Origin: an uncultured Nitrospiraceae bacterium
GTDB taxonomy: Bacteria; Nitrospirota; Nitrospiria; Nitrospirales; Nitrospiraceae
DNA: 64,000 nucleotides
Reading direction: 5' to 3'
Assembly (NCBI GenBank): GCA_963846575.1
Contig: CAWJWJ010000002.1
Location: forward strand, 1,824,001-1,888,000
Numbering within the stretch: position 1 is the stretch's first letter; each line of letters starts with the position of its first letter. Shown one piece after another: positions 10,373-21,317 of the stretch. A program made the translations under genes and the position numbers. The notes below the pieces were generated by a model. That model was not told where the DNA came from and did no database searches. It worked only from the letters and a program-made list of their open reading frames with translations.

Positions 10373-13300
10373 GTGGCATCTCAATTCGTCCATCTGCATC
10401 TGCATACCCAATATAGCCTGCTCGACGGCGCCAACCAGATCGACCCCCTGATGCAACAGGTGAAGGCGTTCGGTCAACCGGCTGTCGCGATGACCGATCA
10501 TGGCAATATGTTCGGTGCGGTGGAATTTTATCGCAAAGCGAAGGAAGCCGGGGTCAAACCCATCATCGGGTGCGAAGCCTATATGGCTCCGGGTAGCCGG
10601 CTCGAAAAGAATTCACACCTTGCGCACAACGACTACTACCATCTGATTCTGCTCGCCACAAACCTCAAGGGATACCAGAATCTCATCAAGCTGGTAAGCA
10701 AAGCATACCTTGAAGGGTTCTATTACAAGCCACGGATGGATAAGGAAATTCTCCAGCAACACCATGAAGGGTTGATCGGACTGTCAGGTTGTCTCAGCGG
10801 GGAAGTGGCCTATCTGATCGGGCAGAAGGATTTGGCAGGTGCCACGCAAGCGGCTGGAGAGTATCGCGAGATCTTCGGGAAGGATAACTATTACCTGGAA
10901 CTTCAGGCCAATGGTCTTGAGCATCAACGCATTGCCAACGACGGACTCCTGGAGATCCATAAAAAGCTCGGGATCCCGCTCGCCGGCACCAACGATTGCC
11001 ACTACCTGAAGAAAGAAGATTCGCGGCCGCATGACCTCATGCTCTGCTTGCAGACCGGGAAGACCATCAACGATCCCAATCGGATGAAGTTCGATACGGA
11101 CCAACTCTACGTGAAATCCACGGACCAGGCGTTGGCGGAATTCAAGGAAATGCCGTCGGCCGTGTCGAATACCGTCCGGATCGCGGAAGCTTGCACCCTC
11201 GACCTCGCGCTCAACAAAACGTACCTGCCGCAGTTCAAGGTGCCGGAAGGGTTCACGCGCGAAACCTACGTGGAACAGCTGGCCATGGAAGGCTTGAGCG
11301 CGCGCCTGAAAGAGCGCCCGAGCCCGATTCCGGAGCTGGCCTACCAAGTCCGCCTGACGGAAGAACTGACGGTCATCTGCTCGATGGGATTCGCCGGCTA
11401 CTTTCTCATCGTGTGGGACATCATCAAGTTCGCCCGCTCGCGCGGCATTCCCGTCGGACCGGGCCGCGGCTCCGCCGCCGGCAGCCTCGTGGCCTACGCC
11501 CTCCGTATCACCGATCTCGATCCGCTGGTGTACTCGCTGCTTGTTCGAGCGTTTCTTGAATCCCGAGCGCGTCTCCCTCCCCGATATCGACATGGACTTC
11601 TGCATGGATCGCCGGGATGAGGTGATCAACTACGTCATCGACAAGTACGGCAAGGATCACGTCGCGCAGATCATCACGTTCGGCACCTCGGGGCCAAGGC
11701 AGCCATTCGCGACGTCGGCCGCGTGCTTGGAAATGCCCTATGCCGAGGTCGATCGCGTCGCCAAGCTCGTACCCGACGATTTGAACGATGACGCTCGACA
11801 GGCGCTCGAACAGGAACCGCGTCTGCGCGATCTCGTCGACAACCGACCCGAAGGTGAAGGAACTGATGTCCGTGGCGCAGTCGCTCGAAGGCCTCGCGCG
11901 CCATGCCTCCACCCACGCGGCGGGCGTCGTCATCTCCGATCAGGCCCGCTCACGGAACACGTGCCGCTCTACAAAGGCGCCAAGGATGAAATCGTCACCC
12001 AATACTCGATGGGTGACGTCGAAAAGATCGGTCTCGTCAAATTCGATTTTCTGGGGTTCAAGACCCTGACGATGATTCAAACGTGCGGAAGTGCTGATGA
12101 ATGAGGGACATCCCGATCGGCCACCGCTGGTCCGTCGAGCAACTGTCCGTTCGACGACCCCAAGACCTTCGCGCTGCTCTCGTCGGGTAAGACCACCGGC
12201 GTGTTCCAGTTGGAAAGTTCCGGCATGCGCGATCTGCTGATCGGACTCAAGCCGGACCGGTTCGAGGACATCATCGCCATCATTGCGCTCTATCGTCCCG
12301 GTCCGATGGACCTCATTCCCGGACTTCATCAAACGCAAGCAGGGCAAGATCCCGATCGCCTATGAGACGCCTGAACTCGAACCGATCCTGAAGGACACCT
12401 ACGGCGTCATCGTCTACCAGGAACAGGTGATGGCCATCGCCAACAAGGTGGCCGGCTTCTCGCTCGGCCAAGCCGACATTCTCCGCCGCGCGATGGGCAA
12501 GAAGAAGCCGGAGGAGATGGAAAAGCTCCGCGTCGCAGTTCCTGGCCGGCGCCAAGGCGAAAAAGATTCCCGAGAAGAAGGCCGACAAGCTCTACGAACT
12601 GATCCAGAAGTTTGCGGGTACGGGTTCAACAAGTCCCACGCGGCGGCCTATGCCGTCGTCTGTTACCACACGGCCTATTTCAAGGCGCACTATCCGACCG
12701 AGTTCATGGCGTCTTGATGACGACCGACATGGGCAACGCCGACAAGATCGTCGGGTATTTCACGGAATGCCGCGACCTCGGCATTCACGTCCTGCCGCCG
12801 GACGTGAACAGAGCCACAAGCACTTCACGGTGGTGAACAACGCCATTCGATTCGGCATGGCCGCCATCAAGAACGTCGGCGAGGGCGCCGTCGAATCGAT
12901 CATCGACGTTCGCAATGAGACGGGCCCCTTCAGGTCCTTCTTCGATCTGTTTCGCCGGGTCGATCTTGCGCAAAGTTGAACAAGCGCATGATCGAAGGGC
13001 TGATCAAGACCGGCGCGTTTGATTCCATGGGCGGCCAACGCTCGCAATATCTGGCCGTCCTCGATCAAGCCGTGGATGAAGGCACGAGCATTCAAAAGGA
13101 ACGCGCTCGCGGCCAGACCAGTATCTTCGGCGACGAGATGGACGGGCGCCGCAGACGCTCGCGGAACCGACCCTGCCGATGTCCCGGAGTGGAGTCAGGG
13201 CGAGCTGTTGAAATACGAGCGGGAACTGACCGGCTTCTATATTCGTGCCCACCCGCTGGCCCGCTACGAGGCGACAATCCAGCTGTTCGCCAACAGCCAC

Positions 13301-13834
13301 GACCATGCAAATCCGCCGACGTGCCTGATGGACGCGAAGTAAAGCTTTGCGGCATCGTCACGACGGTCAAATCGATGCTCACAAAGAAGGGCGACCGGAT
13401 GGCCTACGTGACGCTCGAGGATCTACACGGCGTCGTAGAGAGTGATAGTCTTTCCCGATCTCTATCGCGACCATGCCGACATGATCGTGCCCGAACGGGT
13501 GGTGCGCCTGACAGGCACGGTGGATCGCGGAGACAAAGGGACCAAGTTTCGCGGGAGTAAAATTGAACCGTTGGCCGAGCTGCAGAACACAGGGATTTCG
13601 CGAGTCATGATTCGCTTGAACGCCGGCCCAACCGCCTCCACCAGGCTCCCGATGCTCCGGCAGGTCTTCCAGAAACACCCCGGCTCCTCGACCGTCTCCC
13701 TCATCATGGGATTGGGGGAAACCATCGAAGCCCGGACCTCGCCGCTTCCGAACGTGAAGATTACGCCCAGCGAGCATTTCGTCGCAGATATCGAGGAAGT
13801 GCTAGGCAAGGGCGCCATCACTTTGGTAACCTAG
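10373..13834 (+). CDS. dnaE: DNA polymerase III alpha subunit; reading frame broken by many single-base indels after about 11540 (probably sequence errors)
   Basis: [59 protein letters not shown] and the OB fold are all present in order across shifting frames. Confidence 0.95.
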
Positions 13835-13871
13835 GCGGGCTCGGACCACACCCTTAAGGGGGTTCACCAGT

Positions 13872-14844
13872 ATGAGAGATTACCTCGACTTTGAAAAACC
13901 GATCCGCGAGCTCGAAGAAAAGATCGAGAAGCTCGCGTCCGCCGAATCGCCCGAAATCCGGCACGCAAGACGAAATCCGCAAGCTTCGGACGAAACTCGC
14001 TCAGGTCGAACATCAGCTCTACAGCGGCCTGACTCCCTGGCAGCGCACCCAATTGGCCCGCCATCCCCAGCGGCCCAGCGACGCTCGACTACATCCATGA
14101 GCTGTCCCGTGACTTTCTTGAACTTCATGGCGACCGCAATTTCGGTGACGACCGCGCCATTGTGGGAGGCTTCGCCCGGTTCAACGACCGATCGGTCATG
14201 GTCATCGGCCATCAAAAGGGGAAGACGCTCAAGGAACGCATGCAGCGGAATTTCGGCATGCCCAACCCGGAAGGTTATCGCAAGGCGTTACGGCTCATGC
14301 GGCTGGCGGAGAAATTCGGCCGTCCGATCGTCACGTTGATCGATACCCCCGGCGCCTATCCCGGCATCGGCGCCGAGGAGCGCGGACAGGCCGAAGCGAT
14401 CGCCAGGAATCTGTTCGTCATGTCGCGGCTCGACGTGCCCATCATCTCCGTGGTGATCGGAGAAGGCGGCAGCGGCGGCGCCCTCGCGTTGGGTGTGCGC
14501 GACCGCATCCTCATGCTGGAACATTCGGTCTATTCGGTCATTTCTCCGGAAGGCTGCGCGGCCATTCTCTATGGGACGATCCGACCAAGGTGCCGGATGC
14601 GGCGGCCTCGCTGAAGATGACCGCACAAGACCTGGTCGGACTCGGTATCGTCGATGAAGTGATTCCTGAACCGCTCGGCGGGGCCCACCGGGACCCCCGG
14701 GCCATGTCCGACCGGGTCGCGAAAGCGCTCACGAATCAATTGTATGGCTTGGTCGAACTTCCCACGGAACAACTCATCACGCAGCGCGATCAGAAGTTCC
14801 GGAAGATGGGCGTGGTCGGCGGACTCGTTCCCGCTGCAGTCTAA
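13872..14844 (+). CDS. accA: Acetyl-CoA carboxylase carboxyltransferase alpha; several indels (probably sequence errors)
   Basis: [53 protein letters not shown] in shifting frames. Confidence 0.93.
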
Positions 14845-14934
14845 CCCTCGAATCTCTTCTCTCCCGCCTCTCCGTTCCTGACGATCTGAGCGACGTCCGC
14901 TCAGCAACTCTCACGACAGGGCGTGGCTTGAGCC

Positions 14935-15525
14935 TCAGCGGCTGCTGCCGACCTGCGCCGGGGCAAGCAACGTGAGCTCGAGAAACCGGGCTTCGATGCC
15001 GGCCAGGATATGGCTGCGTAACGCGGCACGGTAGGGAGCCAGGGAATCATCCCGGAGATAACGATCAAGGGTCCGCGGAAGTTTTTTCCACCAGCTCCTG
15101 GCGGCGTCCCGAGCCTGTTGCGCTCCGGGATCTCCGCGTTCCAGGATGACCGACAGTTCCTTCGCGAAGAATCCGACATGTAGCAGCTCGTCCGCCAGAA
15201 TTTCCGACAAGTCCGGCCGCAAGCGAGCCAGGAGCAGCGCGAATTCTAACCCCAGCGCCTCATAACCAAACAAGGCCACCGCGAGGATTTCCCATTGGGT
15301 AGGCACAGTTGGGAGGGTCGCAGGCCGCTGCGACGTCGCTCCGAGCAGGCCTTCGAATTGCCGGAGATGATCCTGCTCGTCGGTTTCATGGCGCTGGAGG
15401 AACGTCTGCACGTGCCGGGGAACGGCCTGCAATTGGGCAGCCCGCACGGCCCACAACGCCATCGCCTCGGCGCGCAGAAACCGTTCGAGTAAGGCTCGTT
15501 CGCAAGTTGGCGGCAGGTGGACCAT
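14935..15525 (-). CDS. Ferritin-like di-iron domain protein
   Basis: Two ExxH motifs (DEQDH, DELLH) plus spaced Glu residues in helices. Confidence 0.7.
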   Translation of the reverse strand: MVHLPPTCERALLERFLRAEAMALWAVRAAQLQAVPRHVQTFLQRHETDEQDHLRQFEGLLGATSQRPATLPTVPTQWEILAVALFGYEALGLEFALLLARLRPDLSEILADELLHVGFFAKELSVILERGDPGAQQARDAARSWWKKLPRTLDRYLRDDSLAPYRAALRSHILAGIEARFLELTLLAPAQVGSSR

Positions 15526-15532
15526 GATGGAA

Positions 15533-15733
15533 TCAGAGTTCGTCCGGCGGATCCAATGGACCGGCCCATTGCCCCTTGGTCAGTCCCACTTCTTGGGACG
15601 TGCCGTCGGGCCATTGAAAATACCCGACTTCGTCGACGAAGAGAATCAAAAGTTCCGTGTCTTCTTCAAGACCGCGCCACCAATACCATCCCGCCGTCTT
15701 CGGCTTGTCATCCGTCCACAACAGTCGTTCCAT
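15533..15733 (-). CDS. Small hypothetical protein
   Basis: MERLLWTDDKPKTAGWYWWR...QWAGPLDPPDEL; stop 7 bp before the next start. Confidence 0.65.
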   Translation of the reverse strand: MERLLWTDDKPKTAGWYWWRGLEEDTELLILFVDEVGYFQWPDGTSQEVGLTKGQWAGPLDPPDEL

Positions 15734-15827
15734 CACTACCTGATTCCTTCGCTCATTCAACCGTCGGCGGACGGAGGCCGTTTCTGATACAGTCTGGTCC
15801 AAGTTCAATCGTCGCGCGCACCCTACC

Positions 15828-18326
15828 ATGGACCGACTACCAATAGAAGAGGCGATCCGCCCTCTGCGAGAGGCCCTGTCCGCAGGACGATCTGCCCTGC
15901 TCACCGCGCAACCGGGAGCGGGCAAGACCACGCGCGTCCCGCTGGCGCTGCTCGATCAACCCTGGTTGGCCGGACAGAAGCTGGTGCTGCTGGAGCCCCG
16001 GCGTCTCGCGGCACGTGCCGCCGCAACTTACATGGCAGGGCTCTTAGGCGAGCCTCTCGGCAGGACGGTCGGGTATCGTATTCGTCACGATACCAGGATT
16101 GGACCAGGCACGCGTATCGAAGTGGTGACGGAAGGCATCCTCACTCGATTGCTCCAGCAGGATCCATCACTCGCCGGGTATGGCCTCGTCATCTTCGATG
16201 AATTTCATGAACGGAGCCTGCAGGCCGATCTGGGCCTGGCCTTCGCGCGAGAGTCCCAGCGGCTGTTCCGGCCGGACCTTCGGCTGCTGGTCATGTCGGC
16301 CACGTTGGATAGTGCTGCCGTGTCGCGCCTGCTGCAGGATGCCCGGAGCATCTCCTGCGAGGGCCGGCTCTTCCCGGTCAGCACGCAGTATCTCGACCAG
16401 CCGATCGAAGGCCACCTCGAACCGGCGGTCGTACGAAGCATCCGCCTCGCCCTGACCCGCGATGAGGGAAGCCTGCTGGTCTTTCTCCCCGGCCTGGCGG
16501 AGATCCGACGGGTCGAACGCTCCCTTCGAGAGGCGTCACTGGGTCCCGAAATCCACATCGCGCCGCTGCATGGGGAACTGCCGCAGGAGGCACAAGAGCA
16601 GGCCATTCTTCCGGCACCGGCAGGCCGGCGAAAAATCGTGCTCGCCACGTCCATTGCCGAAACCAGTTTGACCATCGAGGGCGTGCGGGTCGTAATCGAT
16701 GCCGGCCTGATGCGGGTACCGCGCTTCGATCCCCGCTCAGGGTTGACGCGCCTCGACACGATTCGCATTACGCAAGATGCCGCTGATCAGCGGCGCGGGC
16801 GCGCCGGTCGATTGGAACCGGGAACCTGTTATCGCCTCTGGACGACCGCCGAACATCAGGCGCTCCTTCCGCGCCGGCCGCCGGAAATTCTTGAAGCCGA
16901 CCTCACTCCCTTGGCGCTGGACCTGGCGGAGTGGGGCATAGGCGATGCGACGGAGCTTTCCTGGCTCGATCCGCCTCCCGCCGGCGCGCTGGCCCAGGCC
17001 CGCGACCTGCTCCGGCAACTCGGGGCACTCCACTCGGATGGATCGCTCACCCCGCACGGCCGGCGTCTGGCGCATGTCACGGTCCATCCCCGGCTGGCCC
17101 ACATGATGGTGTCGGCCCTGCCGCTCGGCTGCGGGCCGCTGGCTTGCGACCTTGCGGCGCTTCTCAGCGAGCGTGACATTCTGCAGGGCAGGCCGGGATG
17201 GCGGAATGCCGATTTGCGCATCAGGGTCGAAGCGTTGCGGGGCGGGAGGGAACATCTGGCGGGAGCGACGGTCAACCGGGCGGGGATCGAACGCGTGCGC
17301 CGGGCCTCCGACCAATGGCAGCGCCAACTGCAGGTGCCCCCTTCGTCGCGCGAGGACACCGGACGGATGGGCCTCCTGCTCGCCTTCGCCTACCCCGACC
17401 GCATCGCGCAGCGGCTCTCCGGGGGCGATGGGCGCTATCGGTTAAGTAACGGTCGCGGCGCGTCCTTTCACACTGTGCAAGGACTGTCCCAGGACGAATA
17501 TCTGGCCGTGGCGCAGCTCGACGGCAGCGGAGAATGGGCACGTATTCTTCTTGCCGCGCCCCTGTCGCTTCCGGACCTGGAGCGATATGCCGCGGATAAG
17601 ATTCAGAACGTAGACCTGCTGGAATGGGACGACCGGTCGGAGGCAGTGCGCGCCAGGCGGCAGCGGCGGCTCGGACAACTCGTCCTCGATGATCGCGGAC
17701 TGCATGATCCGGATTCCACCCAAGTCAGGGCGGCCCTCCTCAACGGCCTCCGGCGTACAGGACTGGCCCGCCTGCCCTGGACGAAGGATCTGCAGCAATG
17801 GCGGCGACGTGTCGGGTTTCTCCATCTCGTCGATCCCTCCTGGCCGGACCTGTCTGACCAGGCGCTTGAGACAGACCTTGCCGGCTGGTTGGGTCCCTTT
17901 CTTCATGGCCTGACCAGTTTCGCGCAGGTGCGACGCCTGGATCTCCGCCCGCCGCTCGAAAGCCTACTGACGTGGCAACAGCGGCACGAACTGGATCGCC
18001 TCGCACCCACCCACCTCACCGTGCCGAGCGGCTCGCACGTGCGGCTGGACTACGAACAGGGTGACGTGCCGGTCCTGGCGGTGCGATTGCAGGAACTGTT
18101 CGGCTGCCAGCACACGCCGCTGGTCGCCGGCGGCACGGTGCCGGTCATCCTTCATCTGCTGTCGCCAGCGGGACGGCCCGTCCAGGTCACCACAGACTTG
18201 ACGAGCTTCTGGCGTTCGGCCTACCAAGCAGTCAAAAAAGAACTCCGAGGCCGTTACCCTCGCCATCACTGGCCCGACGATCCCCTCACGGCCCCGCCCA
18301 CGAACCGGACGAAACGACGCACCTGA
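15828..18326 (+). CDS. hrpB: ATP-dependent helicase HrpB
   Basis: AQPGAGKTT, DEFHER, MSAT, QRRGRAGR, C-terminal LLSPAGRPVQVT..ELRGRYPRH. Confidence 0.95.
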   Translation: MDRLPIEEAIRPLREALSAGRSALLTAQPGAGKTTRVPLALLDQPWLAGQKLVLLEPRRLAARAAATYMAGLLGEPLGRTVGYRIRHDTRIGPGTRIEVVTEGILTRLLQQDPSLAGYGLVIFDEFHERSLQADLGLAFARESQRLFRPDLRLLVMSATLDSAAVSRLLQDARSISCEGRLFPVSTQYLDQPIEGHLEPAVVRSIRLALTRDEGSLLVFLPGLAEIRRVERSLREASLGPEIHIAPLHGELPQEAQEQAILPAPAGRRKIVLATSIAETSLTIEGVRVVIDAGLMRVPRFDPRSGLTRLDTIRITQDAADQRRGRAGRLEPGTCYRLWTTAEHQALLPRRPPEILEADLTPLALDLAEWGIGDATELSWLDPPPAGALAQARDLLRQLGALHSDGSLTPHGRRLAHVTVHPRLAHMMVSALPLGCGPLACDLAALLSERDILQGRPGWRNADLRIRVEALRGGREHLAGATVNRAGIERVRRASDQWQRQLQVPPSSREDTGRMGLLLAFAYPDRIAQRLSGGDGRYRLSNGRGASFHTVQGLSQDEYLAVAQLDGSGEWARILLAAPLSLPDLERYAADKIQNVDLLEWDDRSEAVRARRQRRLGQLVLDDRGLHDPDSTQVRAALLNGLRRTGLARLPWTKDLQQWRRRVGFLHLVDPSWPDLSDQALETDLAGWLGPFLHGLTSFAQVRRLDLRPPLESLLTWQQRHELDRLAPTHLTVPSGSHVRLDYEQGDVPVLAVRLQELFGCQHTPLVAGGTVPVILHLLSPAGRPVQVTTDLTSFWRSAYQAVKKELRGRYPRHHWPDDPLTAPPTNRTKRRT

Positions 18327-18847
18327 AATTGCCTGATTGGTCGGCCGACATGAGAGGCGACCCACCGACGGGTCGCAGGTGCGCCTGACGATATTCGTCC
18401 ATGAAATCTGGCCGCTGACATCCGCCTCGCTTCAACCGGCACAGGCTGACGCTGGTGAATCTTACAGTCCTGCGAAGGACGACGAGAGCGACCAACGTAG
18501 TCACCCCTTTTCGCCTGCTCTCGTTTCCTCATCACGAGTCCGGCCAGCGACCGCGCAGATGCCTTCGATAATCACGCGCAGTGATCCTGCACCTCGCATT
18601 TCCCATCCACTTGAAATACCAGGTCATACAGACACCCGCACGAGCCACAATTAATTTTCAGACGGTAGGACGCTTTACCTTGACGGGAAGGCCTTAGGTG
18701 ATAGTCTTGATTCAGCACAGCATATCGCTACTCTCCTGAACGACGGGCAGGCGCCGTGACCCAATCGAGCGCATCCCTCCCCCACTTACCGATCTCCCAG
18801 GTAGACATCGTCTAGCCCCGCTGCGGGACGGACACCTCCACACCATC

Positions 18848-19171
18848 ATGGACCAACAACGCCAGCAATACCGGATACCGATCGAACGGACCGGGCACCT
18901 CACACGTGACGGGCAGACGCATGAATGTCATGTGTCGGATCTCACGGAACAGGGTTTTCAAGTGCGGACGGAACTGCCGCTCGTGGTGGGAGACATGCTT
19001 CACCTCGTCTGCCAACTCGATGCCCGCAGCTGGGTGGACTGTGACATTCAGGTCACCCATGCCCGCCCGCCCCTCTTCGGAAGCCGCATCGCCGAGATCT
19101 CGCCGGAACAGCGGGAGCGGCTCTCACGCTTCATTGACCATGTCATCACCTTGACCATGATGGGTCTGTAA
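18848..19171 (+). CDS. PilZ domain (c-di-GMP binding) protein
   Basis: QRQQYR (RxxxR) and DLTEQG (DxSxxG-like). Confidence 0.85.
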   Translation: MDQQRQQYRIPIERTGHLTRDGQTHECHVSDLTEQGFQVRTELPLVVGDMLHLVCQLDARSWVDCDIQVTHARPPLFGSRIAEISPEQRERLSRFIDHVITLTMMGL

Positions 19172-19173
19172 CG

Positions 19174-20124
19174 ATGCATCAGGAGTACGACCCCCTGCCA
19201 GGACCCAACGCTCAGCGGCACGTCCAATGGCGGCCCGTCCTCTGTCTGGTGGGGGTCATCCTGCTGGTGAGCTCCATCACACCGGCGATCAAATACACGT
19301 TCCAGCACAGCACCATTGATTTCCTGGAGCTGGCTTCCTTTCGAATCGTAATTGGATTTCTGGTTCTCGCGGGCATCACCAGCTGGGTCGATCTTCGCGG
19401 CTTACGCTCCTTGACCCGATATCAGGTACTGCAACTCACCCTGCTGGGACTGCTGGGCGTCGGCGCCTATCCCGTCGGGGCGTATGGACTGGCCTATACC
19501 AGCGTCACACACTTCGCGATCATTTATAGCCTGCTCCCGACCTTCACCACCCTCATCAGCATAGGCTGCCGAACCGACCATGCCAATGCCGTAACCATTT
19601 CAGGCCTGTTGGTCTCCTGGGCGGGCTGCTTGCTCGCCGTCACGGGCGGACTCTCCCAATCGGACATGCGACTGGGGAGCGGCGATGCCCTCGCCCTGCT
19701 CTTTACGTTGATGATGTCCTGCTATCTCGTACTGAGCCCGAACCTCGTCAAACGATTCGGGGTCTGGACCGCCAACACCACCATGTTCGGCGCGGTGTCC
19801 TTCATCATCCTTGCCGGCGAGGCCGCCAGGGGCACGGCACCGCATGTGGTCTTCCCGTTGACCGTCATGGGTCTGCTCCTGTTCATCGGCTCGGCCACGG
19901 CCGGTGTGTTCCTCTTACGGACCCGTGCGTTGCAATCGCTCACCCCAGGCGTGGTCGGCGCGTATCACAATCTGATTCCGGTCTGCACCATCGGCCTCGC
20001 CTATCTCTTCCTGAATGAATCGGTGACGATGACCACACTCGTGGGGGCCGCCGCCGTGGTGGCCGGCACGGAATTGGTACGGCGCGCGCCGCTGATGACC
20101 TGCCGCGCAGTCCGGTCAACGTAG
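19174..20124 (+). CDS. DMT/EamA family transporter
   Basis: About 10 TM helices in two repeats; GDALAL and LFLNES motifs. Confidence 0.85.
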   Translation: MHQEYDPLPGPNAQRHVQWRPVLCLVGVILLVSSITPAIKYTFQHSTIDFLELASFRIVIGFLVLAGITSWVDLRGLRSLTRYQVLQLTLLGLLGVGAYPVGAYGLAYTSVTHFAIIYSLLPTFTTLISIGCRTDHANAVTISGLLVSWAGCLLAVTGGLSQSDMRLGSGDALALLFTLMMSCYLVLSPNLVKRFGVWTANTTMFGAVSFIILAGEAARGTAPHVVFPLTVMGLLLFIGSATAGVFLLRTRALQSLTPGVVGAYHNLIPVCTIGLAYLFLNESVTMTTLVGAAAVVAGTELVRRAPLMTCRAVRST

Positions 20125-20253
20125 TCCTTCTCCCTCATGCATTGCCCCACGCGAAAGGGCGGCGAGCCGGAACGAGTCTGCGCTTGCTAATGTCCGGCAA
20201 TTCGAGCATTCTTGCGGAGTCTTATCCCGACCCGTACGACCGGCGAACTTCTC

Positions 20254-20802
20254 ATGGACCACTTCGCAATCGTCACCGCCTTCGGCCAGGATCGTCCCGG
20301 CATCGTCGCCCTGATGGCGGATAGCCTCTACCAACTCGGCTGTAACATCGAAGACACCTGCATGACGCGACTACGTGGAGAGTTCACCATGATGCTGATG
20401 GTGAGGCTCCCAGAGGCGACGGATGCCGAGACCCTGGGTCGCCGGTTGACGCCCGCTACCAGCCGGCTCGACCTGACCGTGTTATGCAGGGCATTGCCCG
20501 ACCAGGCCGCAGCCAGGCATCCGGCGCTGGAGGTGCCGACATTCATGCTGTCAGTGTATGGTGCCGACCATCCGGGGATCGTGGCACAGGTGGCCCGCAC
20601 GGTCGCTCAGCACGAGGGGAACATCACCGATATGAATACACGGGTCATCGGCTCGGGAAGGCTGCCCGTCTACGTCATGGTCCTGGAGATACAACTGAAG
20701 GAACCGCAGCAGGCTGAACGGCTCGGGCAGGCCCTTGAGCAACTCAAGCCGCTCCTGGGTGTCGACCTGACCTTTCGCCCCCTCGAGAGCGTCACCTTCT
20801 GA
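20254..20802 (+). CDS. Double-ACT domain protein (GcvR-like)
   Basis: GQDRPGIVA and GADHPGIVA ACT signatures. Confidence 0.85.
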   Translation: MDHFAIVTAFGQDRPGIVALMADSLYQLGCNIEDTCMTRLRGEFTMMLMVRLPEATDAETLGRRLTPATSRLDLTVLCRALPDQAAARHPALEVPTFMLSVYGADHPGIVAQVARTVAQHEGNITDMNTRVIGSGRLPVYVMVLEIQLKEPQQAERLGQALEQLKPLLGVDLTFRPLESVTF

Positions 20803-20804
20803 CC

Positions 20805-21317
20805 GTGGCTATCTGTCCGATCCTTCCCTATCCCCATCCGGCACTCAAATCCACCAACGCACCCGTCGTTCCGTCCGATCCGGCGACACAGCCCGTGATC
20901 CGAGACCTTCTCGACACCCTCGAGGCATCGCCCGGCGTCGCGCTGGCCGCGCCGCAGATCGGACATGCCGTGCAGATCATCGTAGTAGATGTAGCCAGGA
21001 AAAAAGGCATGACGGGGCATGGGCTGGTCGTGCTGATGAACCCTGTCATTCTGGCGCACGAAGGCGGAAAGATCGTCCGCGAAGGGTGCCTGAGCGTGCC
21101 GGACTACACGGGAAATGTGCTGCGATACGAACGGGCGATCGTGGAGGGTGTGGGGGCCGACGGCCGCCTCGTGACGCTGACGACCTGCGGATTCGAAGCC
21201 TTGGCCTTCCAGCATGAGGTGGACCATTTGAAGGGGATGCTCTTCCTCGATCGCATCCAGTCGCTCAGCACGGACCTGTTCAGACGGAAACCACCGGACG
21301 GAAACCGAGGGGCTTGA
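20805..21317 (+). CDS. def: Peptide deformylase
   Basis: GVALAAPQIG, EGCLS, QHEVDHLKG. Confidence 0.95.
   Translation: MAICPILPYPHPALKSTNAPVVPSDPATQPVIRDLLDTLEASPGVALAAPQIGHAVQIIVVDVARKKGMTGHGLVVLMNPVILAHEGGKIVREGCLSVPDYTGNVLRYERAIVEGVGADGRLVTLTTCGFEALAFQHEVDHLKGMLFLDRIQSLSTDLFRRKPPDGNRGA

Noticed and set aside
10373..13834. Split/intein-containing or programmed-frameshift dnaE
   Set aside because: No intein-like insert or splice motifs were seen. The many scattered indels extend into accA, which fits sequence error better.
18980..18997. GTGACAT-TCAG-GTCACC resembling the WYL operator
   Set aside because: The spacer is one base short, it lies inside the PilZ coding sequence, and there is no -10 at the matching distance.
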